Positions 18,695 through 28,815 of a DNA stretch of 48,895 nucleotides are shown piece after piece. Position 1 is the first letter of the stretch. Each line of letters starts with the position of its first letter. The DNA comes from Nitrospirota bacterium (GTDB lineage: Bacteria; UBA9089; CG2-30-40-21; SBAY01): positions 1 through 48,895 of the forward strand of contig JBDRHR010000173.1 in NCBI GenBank assembly GCA_043816605.1, read 5' to 3'. A model generated the notes under the pieces. It saw only the letters and a list, made by a program, of their open reading frames with translations, searched no databases and was not told the origin of the DNA. Position numbers and translations under genes: made by a program.

Positions 18695-19756
18695 TTACTT
18701 AGGATGCCTTTCGAAGAATTGCCACATCAACTCTGAAGCAAAAATATCCGTATTGAGTTTTCCCACCTGTCTTTCCGGCAATGAGGATTTACCACCCGGC
18801 CAGGTGTGACCACCATCCTCCAATGTCCACAAAATCACCTCAGAACCTTCCTTCCCATGACCATAAATGGTACAGACTGCCTTTCCTATTCGAGATCCTT
18901 TCACAGGTTCTTTGGGACATCCATTATGAGTAACCCAAAACTGGATAGTTTCTGGGACACTTCGGCGTGAAATCTTTTCAAATGCCTTTGGACCAACGCC
19001 ACCATTGAAAACCACATTTGGGTCTGCTTTTCCATGAAAGTGAATAATCGAAACAGGACTATTTGACTTACAGGTAGAAGGTTCTACACCCAAAACTCCA
19101 CTTACAGGTGCAAAAGCAGCAATCCTATCGGAAAGTTCCATAGCCAGTCGATAGCACATAAATGCCCCATTTGAGAAACCAGAAGCATATATCCGTTTTT
19201 TGTCAATATGGAAAAGTGTTTCAAGGTCATCCAACAATGCCTTTGTAAAACCCACATCATCTATATCATTTTCTTTAGCATAACCACAACAAACTCCCGC
19301 ATTATATGTAAGGAGCTTATCCTCAGATTCCCCTGTTCCGGCAGGATAAACAACGATAAACTCATGCGTATCACTAACTGTATCCATTTGTGAATCATTG
19401 CGTTGTTGAGCCGGATTGCCACCTCCGCCATGAAAGACTAAAACAACCGGCGTAGATTTTTCCTTATTATACTTTCGAGGAATGTGCAGGTCATAAAATC
19501 GTTTTCTGCCATCAAATTCTAAATACCTCCGATAATCCCCTCCTCCATATTGAGACTGAGTATAGGAAGAGAATTTTCCCTCAATTAGAGGATAAAAAGG
19601 ACCCTTTGAACTTTTTTCTTCCATCCTTTCTTTCATTCTTTCCTTTATTCTGTCTCTCATATTCCCTCCTTCTGTATATTTTACTGTTAATCCTATCACC
19701 AACAAACACCCAATAGCTATTAATATCTTTTCAAGATACCTTTTCTGTGTAAACAT
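18695..19756 (-). CDS. PHB-depolymerase-family (LpqC/CE1-type) secreted esterase
   Basis: VVLVFHGGGGNP, YNAGVCCGYA, nucleophile elbow GFSNGAFM, and an N-terminal membrane/signal segment. Confidence 0.75.
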   Translation of the reverse strand: MFTQKRYLEKILIAIGCLLVIGLTVKYTEGGNMRDRIKERMKERMEEKSSKGPFYPLIEGKFSSYTQSQYGGGDYRRYLEFDGRKRFYDLHIPRKYNKEKSTPVVLVFHGGGGNPAQQRNDSQMDTVSDTHEFIVVYPAGTGESEDKLLTYNAGVCCGYAKENDIDDVGFTKALLDDLETLFHIDKKRIYASGFSNGAFMCYRLAMELSDRIAAFAPVSGVLGVEPSTCKSNSPVSIIHFHGKADPNVVFNGGVGPKAFEKISRRSVPETIQFWVTHNGCPKEPVKGSRIGKAVCTIYGHGKEGSEVILWTLEDGGHTWPGGKSSLPERQVGKLNTDIFASELMWQFFERHPK

Positions 19757-19829
19757 TTTTATAAACCTCTTTTTTTAATTATTGATACCAAGTTGCAATT
19801 AAAAAATATAATTCGCAGGGTTCACAATT

Positions 19830-19898
19830 GGAGTGATGGAATACTGGAATGATGGAATAATGGGTTTAAACGGTTTTAATTCATTATTTCCTATTTCC
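19830..19898. repeat. word-built hairpin repeat
   Basis: ggagtgatggaatactggaatgatggaataatg lies opposite cattatttcctatttcc. Confidence 0.55.
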
Positions 19899-19914
19899 TA
19901 AATACCGCGAACGC

Positions 19915-20847
19915 TTACTGGGCATCAAACCTAAAGGTAATAGAAAGTCGGTGGGTGTTACCTAATTCATCATAGGGGACAAAGGCATAGTCTATTTGGT
20001 AGTGTTTAATCGTGAAACCAAACCCACCGGTAATTCCGGTACCTAAGTCTTTAAATACCTGTGAATTAAATCCACCTCGCAGGGCGAGCAACTGCTTAAA
20101 CCATAATTCCATGCCAAGATTCATTTTCCAGTCATTATCTGTTGGTTTAGTTAAATCACAGGTGATAGTCAACGGTTGGACTCCAAGTCGATAGGCACTA
20201 CCTAATTTAAGTGTTAATGGTAATTTATCCCCTTCACTTGAAAATTTTATTCTCGGACCTACATTTTGGAGTACCGTAGATAAAGTTAAACCATCAATAG
20301 GAGTTTGATACAATTGTCCTAAGTCAATTGCAAATGAAGATGCCTCCTCGTTCTCTATTTTTTGAACAATACCCTTGATAGTCATTCCAATTGATATAGC
20401 CTCGGTTATAGCTGAGGCATAGGTAAAAGCAAAGGCAGTATCCCGGACTGAGAAATTACCCGTACTTTCGGGTTGTGACTTCACATCACCATCTTTATAC
20501 CCGGGAATATTACCTACCCCTAAATGGATGACACTAAAACCAATTGCCTTTTTCCTTGAGGTAGGCACCCCAAAGCCGAGAAATCCATGCCCCACCCCTT
20601 CAAACCAATCATTGTACATCATGGATATTTCAGGTTTGGTAATCTGGACAAGACCCGCTGGATTCCAGTAGACCGCGGTAATATCATCGGCTAATGCCGA
20701 GAAAGCCTCACCCATAGCTACGGCTTTAGCCCCCACACCTATCTTTAAAAATGGCGCACCGGCAGTTCCAGGAGATGTCTTTGCCCAACAATTACTTACT
20801 ATTGAAAACATCACTAAGCAATTTATTAAAACTAATTTATGCCTCAT
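19915..20847 (-). CDS. PorV/PorQ-family outer-membrane beta-barrel protein
   Basis: Motif GAPFLKIGVGAKAVAMGEAFSALADDITAVYWNPAGL and a beta-barrel-like C-terminus ending ..RLSITFRF. Start placed at the ATG at 20847 (MRHKLVLINCLVMF.. signal peptide with GGGAGA Shine-Dalgarno). The longer ORF start at 20871 lies inside a repeat hairpin. Confidence 0.7.
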   Translation of the reverse strand: MRHKLVLINCLVMFSIVSNCWAKTSPGTAGAPFLKIGVGAKAVAMGEAFSALADDITAVYWNPAGLVQITKPEISMMYNDWFEGVGHGFLGFGVPTSRKKAIGFSVIHLGVGNIPGYKDGDVKSQPESTGNFSVRDTAFAFTYASAITEAISIGMTIKGIVQKIENEEASSFAIDLGQLYQTPIDGLTLSTVLQNVGPRIKFSSEGDKLPLTLKLGSAYRLGVQPLTITCDLTKPTDNDWKMNLGMELWFKQLLALRGGFNSQVFKDLGTGITGGFGFTIKHYQIDYAFVPYDELGNTHRLSITFRFDAQ

Positions 20848-20864
20848 CTCTTTCTCCCTTACCG

Positions 20865-21009
20865 TAAGCATTTAGCTATCAGGTATCATGGTTCGACAGG
20901 ACTTCAGCGTGAGCTCAGTCGAACGCTCACCATGACAAAATGTCACCCTGAGTTTGTCCGAAGGGTGATGGTTTTTGCTGACTGCTGATACCTGATTACT
21001 GACTGCTTA
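20865..21009. repeat. compound hairpin with a GC-richer REP-like core
   Basis: Outer arm taagcatttagctatcaggtatca pairs with tgatacctgattactgactgcttaa. Inner stems are ggttcgac..gtcgaac, catgg..ccatg and tcaccct..agggtga. Confidence 0.65.
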
Positions 21010-21121
21010 ATAATATTATACTCCTTTCTTCTAATCAAGTCAAGTAATTTTTAAGCACACTTAAATTTTTGTGCAAAATATTTCATATTTCCCCAGAATT
21101 GCTGCCTGTTTGAAAAAACTA

Positions 21122-21151
21122 TTGACAAAATGATAAAAAGGGTGCTATAAT
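21122..21151 (+). promoter_or_regulatory. sigma70 promoter of the M16 peptidase gene
   Basis: TTGACA, an 18-nt spacer, then TGC-TATAAT. Confidence 0.6.
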
Positions 21152-21153
21152 TT

Positions 21154-21222
21154 GAAGGCTGAAAGATATGAAGGCTGGAGACTGTTTTACCCTACAGCCT
21201 AACAGCCTTCAGCCTAATAGCC
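21154..21222. repeat. word-built hairpin (aggctg / cagcct words) in the M16 5' leader
   Basis: gaaggctgaaagatatgaaggctggag lies opposite cctacagcctaacagccttcagcctaatagcct. The right arm recurs at 28144..28176. Confidence 0.6.
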
Positions 21223-21247
21223 TATCCACGAAAGGAGATTTTGAAAA

Positions 21248-23848
21248 ATGAGATATTTTTTTATTGGACTATGGTTGCTCGTTTCAACTGTGATCAGAAT
21301 TGATTTAAGTTTTGCGTCTTTAATTCAAACTACATTGGATAACGGTATGCGGGTGGTCATTATGGAAAACCATGCCTCACCAGTAGCTACCTTGCGGGTC
21401 TATGTCAATACCGGTAGTATCTGTGAGCAGGAATATTCAGGTACCGGCATATCCCATTATTGTGAGCATGTCATCAGCGGCGGGTCAACAAAAAACCGCC
21501 CTGAAGATGAGATTGAAAAGATTATTCAATCAATAGGTGGTGCTTCAAATGCCTACACCTCCTCTGACCATACCTGTTACTATATCGCTACCTCAAACCT
21601 ATATTTTGACACGGTCATAGACCTTTTATCTGATGGGATTAAGAATTGTAGCTTTGAGCCAAAGGAGGTTGAGCGGGAAAAAGGGGTTATTTTAAAGGAA
21701 ATAAATATGATTGATGATGACCCGGCTCGAAGGGTAAACAAAATCTATAATGAAACCATGTTTCTCAAACATCCCGAACATTTCCCTATAATTGGTTATG
21801 CAGACCTGTTTAAAAATCTAACCTGCGATGACCTCATAAAATATTACCGGAGAATGTATGTCCCTCAGAACATGATTGTTGTCGCGGTAGGGGATTTTGA
21901 TTCAAAAGAGGTATTAGCCAAGTTCGAGCAGGCATTTGCGGATTTTAAGGGTAATCCCACCCCTTCTGTCTATATCGAGCCTGACCCAAAACAGATGGGC
22001 ACAAGGAAGGTAGAGCAAGAGATGGATGTTAATCTTACTTATTTACTCATGGGATTTCGTATTGTTCCCATTACCCATCCGGATATGTATCCACTTGATG
22101 TCCTTGCCTGTGCCTTGAGTCGGGGTGAGAGTTCAAGGTTATACAGGGAAATAAAGGATAAAAGGCAACTCGTCCATTCAATCTCCGCATCATCTTACAC
22201 TCCTCGATATGACGCCGCAGATTTTACCATTGAGGCAACCTTAGATTACCCAAATATTCATCAGGCAGAAGCGGCAATATTGGAAGAGATTTATAGGTTG
22301 AAAAAAGAATTTGTCAGCGATGAGGAGATTAAAAAGGCTAAAACCCAGATAGTAAGTGAGCAGGTCTTTGCCAACCAGACGGTTGAAAGTCAGGCAGATG
22401 TAATTGGAAGGGATGTGGTTCATACCGGTAATCCCTTGTTTCACGAGCGTTATGTTGAGAATATAAAGAAGGTGACCAAGGAAGACATTCAGCGGGTGAT
22501 AAATACATATTTTTATGATGATGCCCTGACCGTAGCTGTAATAAAACCTAAAGGGGCAAAATTAGAAGGGACTGAGACGGCAAAAAAAGAAATTGAGACA
22601 GGGAAGGTAGAAAAAATCGTTTTGGATAATGGGATGACACTCCTGTTAAAACGAAATGAGAGTGTGCCTTTGGTTTATATGGGGGCATATTTTAAAGGTG
22701 GACTACGGTATGAGAATGAGCAGAATAATGGGGTATTTAATTTTATGGCACGGATGTTCCTTAAAGGGACAAAGGCTCGAACCGCCGAGCAAATCGCCAA
22801 GGAAATAGATTCTATTGGAGGAGGTATTAGTGCCGCAAGTTCTGAGGATTACTTTTCTTGTAGCGTTGAGGTTCTGAAAGAAGATATTACTACCGGCATA
22901 GACCTACTCTGCGATGTGCTGATGAATCCTGTGTTTGATGAAGGTGAGTTAGAAAAGGAGAGAAAGGCAATCTTAGCCGATATTGACAGTTTAGATGATA
23001 ATTGGAAGTCGCAATCAGAGGTTTTCTTCCGCAAAACCTTTTACCAAAAAAGTCCCTACCGCTTTATTTCACTTGGCACAAAAGAAGGTATCACTAACCT
23101 GAAAAGGCAGGATTTGGTTGATGCACATAAAAAATATTGTGTGCCTAATAATATGATTCTGGCGGTCTTTGGCGATATTGACCCTCAAACAATCAAGGAA
23201 TTAATAACAGCAAAATTTAAGGAGTTTAAGCCTGTTGAACTTGCTTTTTCTGAGGTGTCGCAAGAATCACTTCTTCTCTTAAATCGTGAGGCAGTCCAAT
23301 ACACAGATAGAAAGCAATCAGTAATATTTATGGGTTACCCCGGAATGAAGGTTGGTGATAAAGATTGGCATACCATGCGGATTATTGATGCCATTACCTC
23401 CGGAATTGGTTATCCTGGTGGCTGGCTGCATAACACCTTGCGAGGCAATCAGTTGGTTTATTTTGTTCATGCCTGGAATGATGTTAAGCAGGACACTGGT
23501 TACTACGCCATTCAAGCCGCAACAACGGAGGAAAATTTAGATAAGGCATTAGCCATTATCCGCGAAAAACAGGAGTTAATCAAGAATCAGGAGGTTTCTG
23601 ATGAGGAATTAGACCGGGCAAAAAAAGCCTGTATAGTTATGGAGAGCCTGTATTTAAAGCAGACAAATTCCTCTCAAGGTGCTCTTGCCGCCCAATACGA
23701 ACTCTATACCTTAGGATATGATTGGCGGGATAACTTGCTCGAAAAGATAAATGCCGTAACTAAGGAAGATATAAAACGGGTCGCAAATCAATATTTCAAC
23801 AATTATGTCCTGACCATCACACAGCCAAACACGGTAGAGAAAAAATAG
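21248..23848 (+). CDS. secreted M16 (pitrilysin) family zinc peptidase, two fused M16 units
   Basis: Inverted zinc motif HYCEH (HxxEH) in the first unit. A second, non-catalytic M16-like half starts at about residue 450. Signal peptide present. AAGGAG Shine-Dalgarno. Confidence 0.9.
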   Translation: MRYFFIGLWLLVSTVIRIDLSFASLIQTTLDNGMRVVIMENHASPVATLRVYVNTGSICEQEYSGTGISHYCEHVISGGSTKNRPEDEIEKIIQSIGGASNAYTSSDHTCYYIATSNLYFDTVIDLLSDGIKNCSFEPKEVEREKGVILKEINMIDDDPARRVNKIYNETMFLKHPEHFPIIGYADLFKNLTCDDLIKYYRRMYVPQNMIVVAVGDFDSKEVLAKFEQAFADFKGNPTPSVYIEPDPKQMGTRKVEQEMDVNLTYLLMGFRIVPITHPDMYPLDVLACALSRGESSRLYREIKDKRQLVHSISASSYTPRYDAADFTIEATLDYPNIHQAEAAILEEIYRLKKEFVSDEEIKKAKTQIVSEQVFANQTVESQADVIGRDVVHTGNPLFHERYVENIKKVTKEDIQRVINTYFYDDALTVAVIKPKGAKLEGTETAKKEIETGKVEKIVLDNGMTLLLKRNESVPLVYMGAYFKGGLRYENEQNNGVFNFMARMFLKGTKARTAEQIAKEIDSIGGGISAASSEDYFSCSVEVLKEDITTGIDLLCDVLMNPVFDEGELEKERKAILADIDSLDDNWKSQSEVFFRKTFYQKSPYRFISLGTKEGITNLKRQDLVDAHKKYCVPNNMILAVFGDIDPQTIKELITAKFKEFKPVELAFSEVSQESLLLLNREAVQYTDRKQSVIFMGYPGMKVGDKDWHTMRIIDAITSGIGYPGGWLHNTLRGNQLVYFVHAWNDVKQDTGYYAIQAATTEENLDKALAIIREKQELIKNQEVSDEELDRAKKACIVMESLYLKQTNSSQGALAAQYELYTLGYDWRDNLLEKINAVTKEDIKRVANQYFNNYVLTITQPNTVEKK

Positions 23849-23880
23849 TGCAAATCTTCAGTGTCGGTTAAAAATTTTAC

Positions 23881-23909
23881 TTGACTTTTAGAATACACTA
23901 AATTATAAT
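23881..23909 (+). promoter_or_regulatory. sigma70 promoter of the HTH/PIN operon
   Basis: TTGACT, a 17-nt spacer, then TATAAT. Followed by two gagataat direct repeats exactly 10 bp apart (23911, 23921). Confidence 0.6.
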
Positions 23910-23939
23910 AGAGATAATTTGAGATAATGAAGGTATAAG

Positions 23940-24227
23940 ATGGCATTAGATGTAATTGATGTAAGAAATGTGGCTAACATACTAAATGTAAGCTCTATCA
24001 CAATTTACCGATTGGCAAAGAGAGGGAAAATACCAGCCAGAAAGGTAGGGAGGTGTTGGAGGTTTAATAGAGACACTATTGCCGCCTGGTTGGCTGGAAA
24101 TACATGGGAAGAACAGTTGGATGCCTTTTTAACAAAAATATGGGCAATGACCGAAAATATCCCCTCTGAAAAGGTCGAAGAAGAGGTTGAATTGGCTATT
24201 AAAGAAGTACGAGCACTGAAAAAATGA
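23940..24227 (+). CDS. excisionase/MerR-type HTH DNA-binding protein (putative antitoxin)
   Basis: VANILNVSSITIYRLAKRGKIPARKVGRCWRFNRDTIAAWL. Its stop overlaps the start of the PIN gene (ATGA). Confidence 0.7.
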   Translation: MALDVIDVRNVANILNVSSITIYRLAKRGKIPARKVGRCWRFNRDTIAAWLAGNTWEEQLDAFLTKIWAMTENIPSEKVEEEVELAIKEVRALKK

Positions 24228-24643
24228 TAAAAACGGTTATTGATACTAATATCTTTGTTTCTTCTGTGATTAAAAAGAAAGGCACATCTTCATTTTTAAT
24301 AGAGAGATGGAAAAAGAAAGAATTTATCCTGTTTGTCTCTGAATCCATCATTAAAGAGATTTTAGAAGTTTTATCTCGACCAAGAATCAGAGCTATCTCC
24401 AAGATGACTAAAGAGGAGATAAAGAAGTTTGGACTTTTTCTTTATGAGGGTTCAAGATTAGTGGAGCCAAAAATATCTTTGACAGTTTGTCAAGACTTAG
24501 ATGATAACAAATTTTTGGAGTGTGCTATTGAAGCAGGAGTTGACTATATCGTATCTGGGGACAAACATTTGCTTAATTTAGGAGAATATGAGGGAATTAA
24601 AATATTGACTCCAAAGAAGTTCCGGGAGGCATTGGAAGGATAA
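24224..24643 (+). CDS. PIN-domain toxin component (TIGR00305-like)
   Basis: VIDTNIFVSSV.., ..DDNKFLECAIEAGVDYIVSGDKHLL. 4-bp overlap with the upstream HTH gene. Confidence 0.8.
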   Translation: MIKTVIDTNIFVSSVIKKKGTSSFLIERWKKKEFILFVSESIIKEILEVLSRPRIRAISKMTKEEIKKFGLFLYEGSRLVEPKISLTVCQDLDDNKFLECAIEAGVDYIVSGDKHLLNLGEYEGIKILTPKKFREALEG

Positions 24644-24704
24644 AATTATTCGGTGGTAGCAGTGGTAGCAATAGAAAATAATAGAGTTAAGGGCTATATC
24701 AAAA

Positions 24705-26060
24705 TTATAGCACATTCGCTTTAACAAATATCCCTGCCGGTAATTTAATTCCCCTTTCTTCAAACACAGGATAAAATTTAGGCTTAATACCGGTAGGTTT
24801 TAATTCACCTATTACCTTACCTTTTTCATCTATTGTTTTTTGTTCAAAGCAAAATACATCCTGAAGCACAACTATCTCCCTTTCCATCCCCTGCACCTCA
24901 GTGATATTAACTATCCTTCGGCTACCATCTTGAAGTCTTTGTTGGTGGACAATTAAGTTAATCGCTGAGGCAATTTGTTCCCGAATAGCCTTGATGGGCA
25001 AGTCCATACCCGCCATCAGGGTCATTGTTTCTATACGAGCCAATGTATCCCTGGGCGAATTAGAATGAACCGTAGTCAGTGAGCCATCATGTCCTGTATT
25101 CATTGCCTGTAACATATCTAATGCCTCACCACCCCGAACCTCACCCACAATAATTCTATCCGGACGCATCCTGAGTGCATTACGAACCAAATCTCGTGTG
25201 GTTATTTCACCTTTGCCTTCAATATTAGGTGGTCTTGTTTCCAGAGTAATGACATGCTCTTGTTGAAGTTGTACCTCTGCCGTATCCTCAATCGTAACAA
25301 TTCTTTCATTATGGGAGATAAACGAGGATAAAACATTTAAAGTCGTTGTTTTACCCGAACCTGTTCCCCCGGAAACAATAATATTCAACCTTGCCCCGAC
25401 ACATGCCTTTAAAAACTCAGCCATATTAGGGGTTAATGTCCCAAATCTAATCAGGTCATCTGTCCCTAATCTCTCTTTGAAAAATTTACGGATAGTCAAG
25501 GCAGGTCCTTTTAAAGATAAAGGAGGGATAATCACATTAACCCTTGAGCCATCTTTAAGTCGGGCATCAACATAAGGCACTGATTCATCTACCCGTCTGC
25601 CGATAGGTGAGACAATTCGGTCAATTATATGAAGAAGATGGGCAGTATCATTAAAGGTAACATTTGTGCGTTCGATTTTCCCCTGTCGTTCTACATAAAT
25701 TTGGTGAGGGCCATTGACCATAATTTCAGAAACAGATGGGTCTTTTAGCAAAGGCTCAATAGGTCCTAAACCTAATACCTCATCCAATATCTCCTCCAAT
25801 AGTCGGTCATGTTCTCCCCGAGTCAGGGTAATTTGCTCTTGAGAAGAAATAAATAAAATATATTCCTCTACCTGTTCCTTTAAAATGTCCTTTTTTATAT
25901 TCCCCTCTTTGTCTTCTAATGCCTTTGAATCAAGCTCACTTACCAATTTATCATGGACTTTTTGCTTTAAATGCTGGAGATGTCCGGTAAGTGTTTTTGC
26001 TGCCGGTCGCTCTCCGGTAGCAAACTGTTTTGCTTCCTCTAATCGCTCTAATAAAGACAT
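24705..26060 (-). CDS. cpaF: CpaF/TadA-family type II/IV secretion ATPase
   Basis: Walker [15 protein letters not shown], Asp/His boxes ([23 protein letters not shown]) and a CpaF-like N-terminal domain. Confidence 0.9.
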   Translation of the reverse strand: MSLLERLEEAKQFATGERPAAKTLTGHLQHLKQKVHDKLVSELDSKALEDKEGNIKKDILKEQVEEYILFISSQEQITLTRGEHDRLLEEILDEVLGLGPIEPLLKDPSVSEIMVNGPHQIYVERQGKIERTNVTFNDTAHLLHIIDRIVSPIGRRVDESVPYVDARLKDGSRVNVIIPPLSLKGPALTIRKFFKERLGTDDLIRFGTLTPNMAEFLKACVGARLNIIVSGGTGSGKTTTLNVLSSFISHNERIVTIEDTAEVQLQQEHVITLETRPPNIEGKGEITTRDLVRNALRMRPDRIIVGEVRGGEALDMLQAMNTGHDGSLTTVHSNSPRDTLARIETMTLMAGMDLPIKAIREQIASAINLIVHQQRLQDGSRRIVNITEVQGMEREIVVLQDVFCFEQKTIDEKGKVIGELKPTGIKPKFYPVFEERGIKLPAGIFVKANVL

Positions 26061-26086
26061 AAAATCACCTCTTATTTGTAAATGTT

Positions 26087-26127
26087 CAGATTATAGGACT
26101 TATAAGACTCATAAGTTCTATAATCTG
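26087..26127 (-). promoter_or_regulatory. palindromic promoter-like element upstream of cpaF
   Basis: Minus strand reads CAGATTATAGAACTTATGAGTCTTATAAGTCCTATAATCTG. It shares AGTCTTATAAG(A/T)CCTATAATC with 15839..15879. Confidence 0.5.
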
Positions 26128-26207
26128 ATACCCAAAAGCCTACTTTATATTACTATACTACAATTTTCTAATAAAGTCAAATCAAAAATTAAAAAATGTG
26201 TAATGGG

Positions 26208-26322
26208 TCAGAAGGTGTGAAAAAATCGATTTTTCAACGATATTTAAAAAATTTCTGCCTGCAAATACTGAACTTACAAACTTTATTTTACCCTAATTTC
26301 AATTTTTCACACCTTCTCAGAC
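26208..26322. repeat. hairpin with a 15-bp perfect stem and a ~77-nt loop
   Basis: agaaggtgtgaaaaa (26211-26225) pairs with tttttcacaccttct (26303-26317). Confidence 0.6.
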
Positions 26323-26349
26323 ATTGGTGGATTAATTCATTCTGTAAAT

Positions 26350-26407
26350 AGTAATCGAATTAATCGAATTAAACGAAAGGCAATTAAATTCGTTTAATTC
26401 GATTACT
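26350..26407. repeat. word-built hairpin
   Basis: agtaatcgaattaatcgaattaaacgaa lies opposite ttcgtttaattcgattact. Confidence 0.65.
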
Positions 26408-26430
26408 ACATATCCTTTAAATAATAAAAT

Positions 26431-26463
26431 TCCCCACGCATAACTGACCGATTACCAAAATTG
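26431..26463. repeat. 33-nt dispersed repeat (inverted copy of 48569..48601)
   Basis: The reverse complement, caattttggtaatcggtcagttatgcgtgggga, differs from caattctcgtaatcggtcaattacgcgtgggga at 4 of 33 positions by eye. Confidence 0.6.
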
Positions 26464-26616
26464 ACATTATATTCATACATCCAGGATTCAAAATATCTTT
26501 AACCTTTTGTATTTGGTGGGTTGGGAAGAGTTTCTTAGTTAATCTTTGTGCCTTTGTGTCTTGGTGGTAAAAAGAATTATGTTTTTCAGATGGCTAAAGT
26601 GTTACCCTTCATTTGT

Positions 26617-28035
26617 CTATTTCGGTCGTAACTGAGGAAATAACACTACCTCCCGAATAGAGGTAGAATTAGTCAACGCCATCACCAATCTGTCTATTCC
26701 TATCCCTAAACCACCACAAGGCGGCAACCCATATTCTAACGCCTCAATATAATCCTCATCTATAACGAGGCAAGCCTCTTTGTCTGGGTTTTGCTCGTAG
26801 AATCGTTTTTTTTGTTCAATAGGGTCATTTAGCTCGGAGTAGGCATTGCCAAGTTCCTGTCCACCAATAAAAAACTCAAACCGTTCGACTAATTCCGGGT
26901 TATCTTGTTTTTGCCTGGCTAACGGTGAAAGCACCGTTGGGTAATCTATCATAAAGGTTGGCTGGATTAAATTTGGCTCAACTTGCTTATCTAAAATCTC
27001 ATTCAATATTTCGCTTACGGATTTTTCTTTATCATCAATTATCTTCCGGACATCCTCCAATTTGGTTACTTCAACACCGGTATATTTTGAAATTGCCTCA
27101 TAAACCGTAATCCTTTGCCATGGGGGAGTAAAGTCTATTTCTTTATCCTGATAGGTGAACTTCAGACTACCAAATAGGTTTTGCACAACAGACGCCAGAA
27201 GCTCTTCGGTCAGCCGCATCATATCTGTATAATCTGCATAAGCCTGATAAACCTCTAACATCGTAAATTCGGGATTATGACGGGTGGAGATACCCTCATT
27301 TCTAAAATTGCGGTTTAGTTCATAAACACGCTCTAATCCCCCGACGACGAGCCTTTTAAGGTAAAGTTCCGGGGCAATTCGCAGGTAAAGGTCAATCCCA
27401 AGGGCATTATGGTGGGTAATAAAAGGTTTGGCAATGGCACCACCCGCAATAGATTGCATCATTGGGGTTTCTACCTCTAAAAAATCCTGCTTATCAAGGA
27501 ATTCCTTTAGTAACTTAATAATTTTACTACGGGTAATGAATAAATTTTTAACCTCATCATTGACCAACAAATCCACATATCTTTGTCGATACCGTAATTC
27601 AGTATCCTTTAATCCATACCATTCCTTGGGCAAAGGTCTTAATGATTTAGATAAAAGGGTGAACCCTTCAACTAAGATTGTTATTTCACCCATGTGGGTT
27701 TTAAATACCTTACCCTGGACACCGATAAAATCGCCCATATCAAGCTCTTTAAACAGGCTAAAACCATCATCTCCCAGAATGTCCTTTCTGGCATATATTT
27801 GAATCTTACCTTTTCTGTCTTTAATAGTGGCAAAAATACTCTTACCATGTTCTCGAATAGCCATCAATCTGCCGGCACTGCTTACCTTTTCTTCACTATT
27901 TTCTTTGAATCCATCAATAATTTGCCGGCTTGTATGGGTTACCTCATATTTTTGTCCAAAAGGCAAAATCCCCTTGTTTTTCCAAAACTCTATTTTTTGT
28001 CGTCTAATTTCAAGTAATTCACTGATTTCTTCCAT
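26617..28035 (-). CDS. lysS: lysine--tRNA ligase (class II)
   Basis: 472 aa with an OB-fold N-terminal domain, class II motifs (..[20 protein letters not shown].., ..[12 protein letters not shown]..) and C-terminus LFPQLRP. Confidence 0.95.
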   Translation of the reverse strand: MEEISELLEIRRQKIEFWKNKGILPFGQKYEVTHTSRQIIDGFKENSEEKVSSAGRLMAIREHGKSIFATIKDRKGKIQIYARKDILGDDGFSLFKELDMGDFIGVQGKVFKTHMGEITILVEGFTLLSKSLRPLPKEWYGLKDTELRYRQRYVDLLVNDEVKNLFITRSKIIKLLKEFLDKQDFLEVETPMMQSIAGGAIAKPFITHHNALGIDLYLRIAPELYLKRLVVGGLERVYELNRNFRNEGISTRHNPEFTMLEVYQAYADYTDMMRLTEELLASVVQNLFGSLKFTYQDKEIDFTPPWQRITVYEAISKYTGVEVTKLEDVRKIIDDKEKSVSEILNEILDKQVEPNLIQPTFMIDYPTVLSPLARQKQDNPELVERFEFFIGGQELGNAYSELNDPIEQKKRFYEQNPDKEACLVIDEDYIEALEYGLPPCGGLGIGIDRLVMALTNSTSIREVVLFPQLRPK

Positions 28036-28052
28036 TTTTTAAACATCCTTTT

Positions 28053-28176
28053 GTGGGTTGTTTAGGCTGTAGGCTGTAGGAGGAAAGATGTAGAAGGAAA
28101 TTATAGTATGTCGTAAAAACTTGCACACAAATTCCCTTTTTGTAACCTACAGCCTAACTGCCTACAGCCTATCCAC
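28053..28176. repeat. word-built hairpin (aggctgt / acagcct words)
   Basis: gtgggttgtttaggctgtaggctgtagg lies opposite aacctacagcctaactgcctacagcctatccac. The right arm overlaps the last codons of 28169..28558. Confidence 0.65.
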
Positions 28177-28558
28177 CTAATTTTACCAAAGCATGAGGAA
28201 AATTTGGACTATCTGGATTAACTATAATTTTTCTATGTGAAGGGGATATAATCAAATCCATATCCTCCATTGGAACCGCACCAAGGAGTACTTCATCACC
28301 AAGGACTAATGCCCCAACAAAGCAATTTCTGTTTTCAAAGAGTATCTCGATGGGACCAACATAAGGAACCATTTGTTTTCGGCTATCGGCTGTCGTTACT
28401 TCACGCTGATTATTAGTTTCCAATTTAAGTTGAAGAGCAATATGCTTCGGTATACAAAGAGTCAAAGCTCCCGTATCAACCATTGCCTTCACTGTGATAA
28501 GTTTGAGCTCGGGTAGACGAGGATTTTTTAGATTTATTTCTGCATGTATATAACCCAT
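28169..28558 (-). CDS. retropepsin-like (clan AA) aspartic protease
   Basis: 129 aa with active-site-type motif AMVDTGALTLCIP. AGAGGTG Shine-Dalgarno. Confidence 0.7.
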   Translation of the reverse strand: MGYIHAEINLKNPRLPELKLITVKAMVDTGALTLCIPKHIALQLKLETNNQREVTTADSRKQMVPYVGPIEILFENRNCFVGALVLGDEVLLGAVPMEDMDLIISPSHRKIIVNPDSPNFPHALVKLGG

Positions 28559-28815
28559 GATAATTCACCTCTTTTTTACTTTTTTTATATTCTTTGAGGC
28601 AGTAGCGAAATAGCACATTTCAAGAGGAAAAACCTATCCTGTAAGATAAAAATAGGATTTGGGTAATTTTGGGCAAGCCCCCTTTTTTTCAAAAGAGGAC
28701 TTGCCCCTTCTTCAACTTACCTTATCCTGTCTGGATGAAATGGGAGTAGAGAAATTTGAGGGTTAAACCTTCAAATTCCCAATTCCTCCCTGTTTTCTCC
28801 TAAAAAGAGAAAAAA

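Noticed and set aside
18624-18809. 61-aa plus-strand ORF at the 3' end of the esterase gene.
   Set aside because: It overlaps the esterase C-terminus on the opposite strand and has no Shine-Dalgarno sequence or motif.
25885-28042. Antisense ORFs over cpaF and lysS (25885..26220, 27428..27802, 27694..28017, 27827..28042).
   Set aside because: They lie opposite strongly supported conserved genes. Their translations are Ser/Leu/Phe-rich, as expected from antisense reading of AT-rich coding DNA.
28036-28168. T-box or other riboswitch leader upstream of lysS.
   Set aside because: The spacer is fully accounted for by a word-built hairpin of the aggctgt family. No specifier-loop or T-box consensus was recognised.
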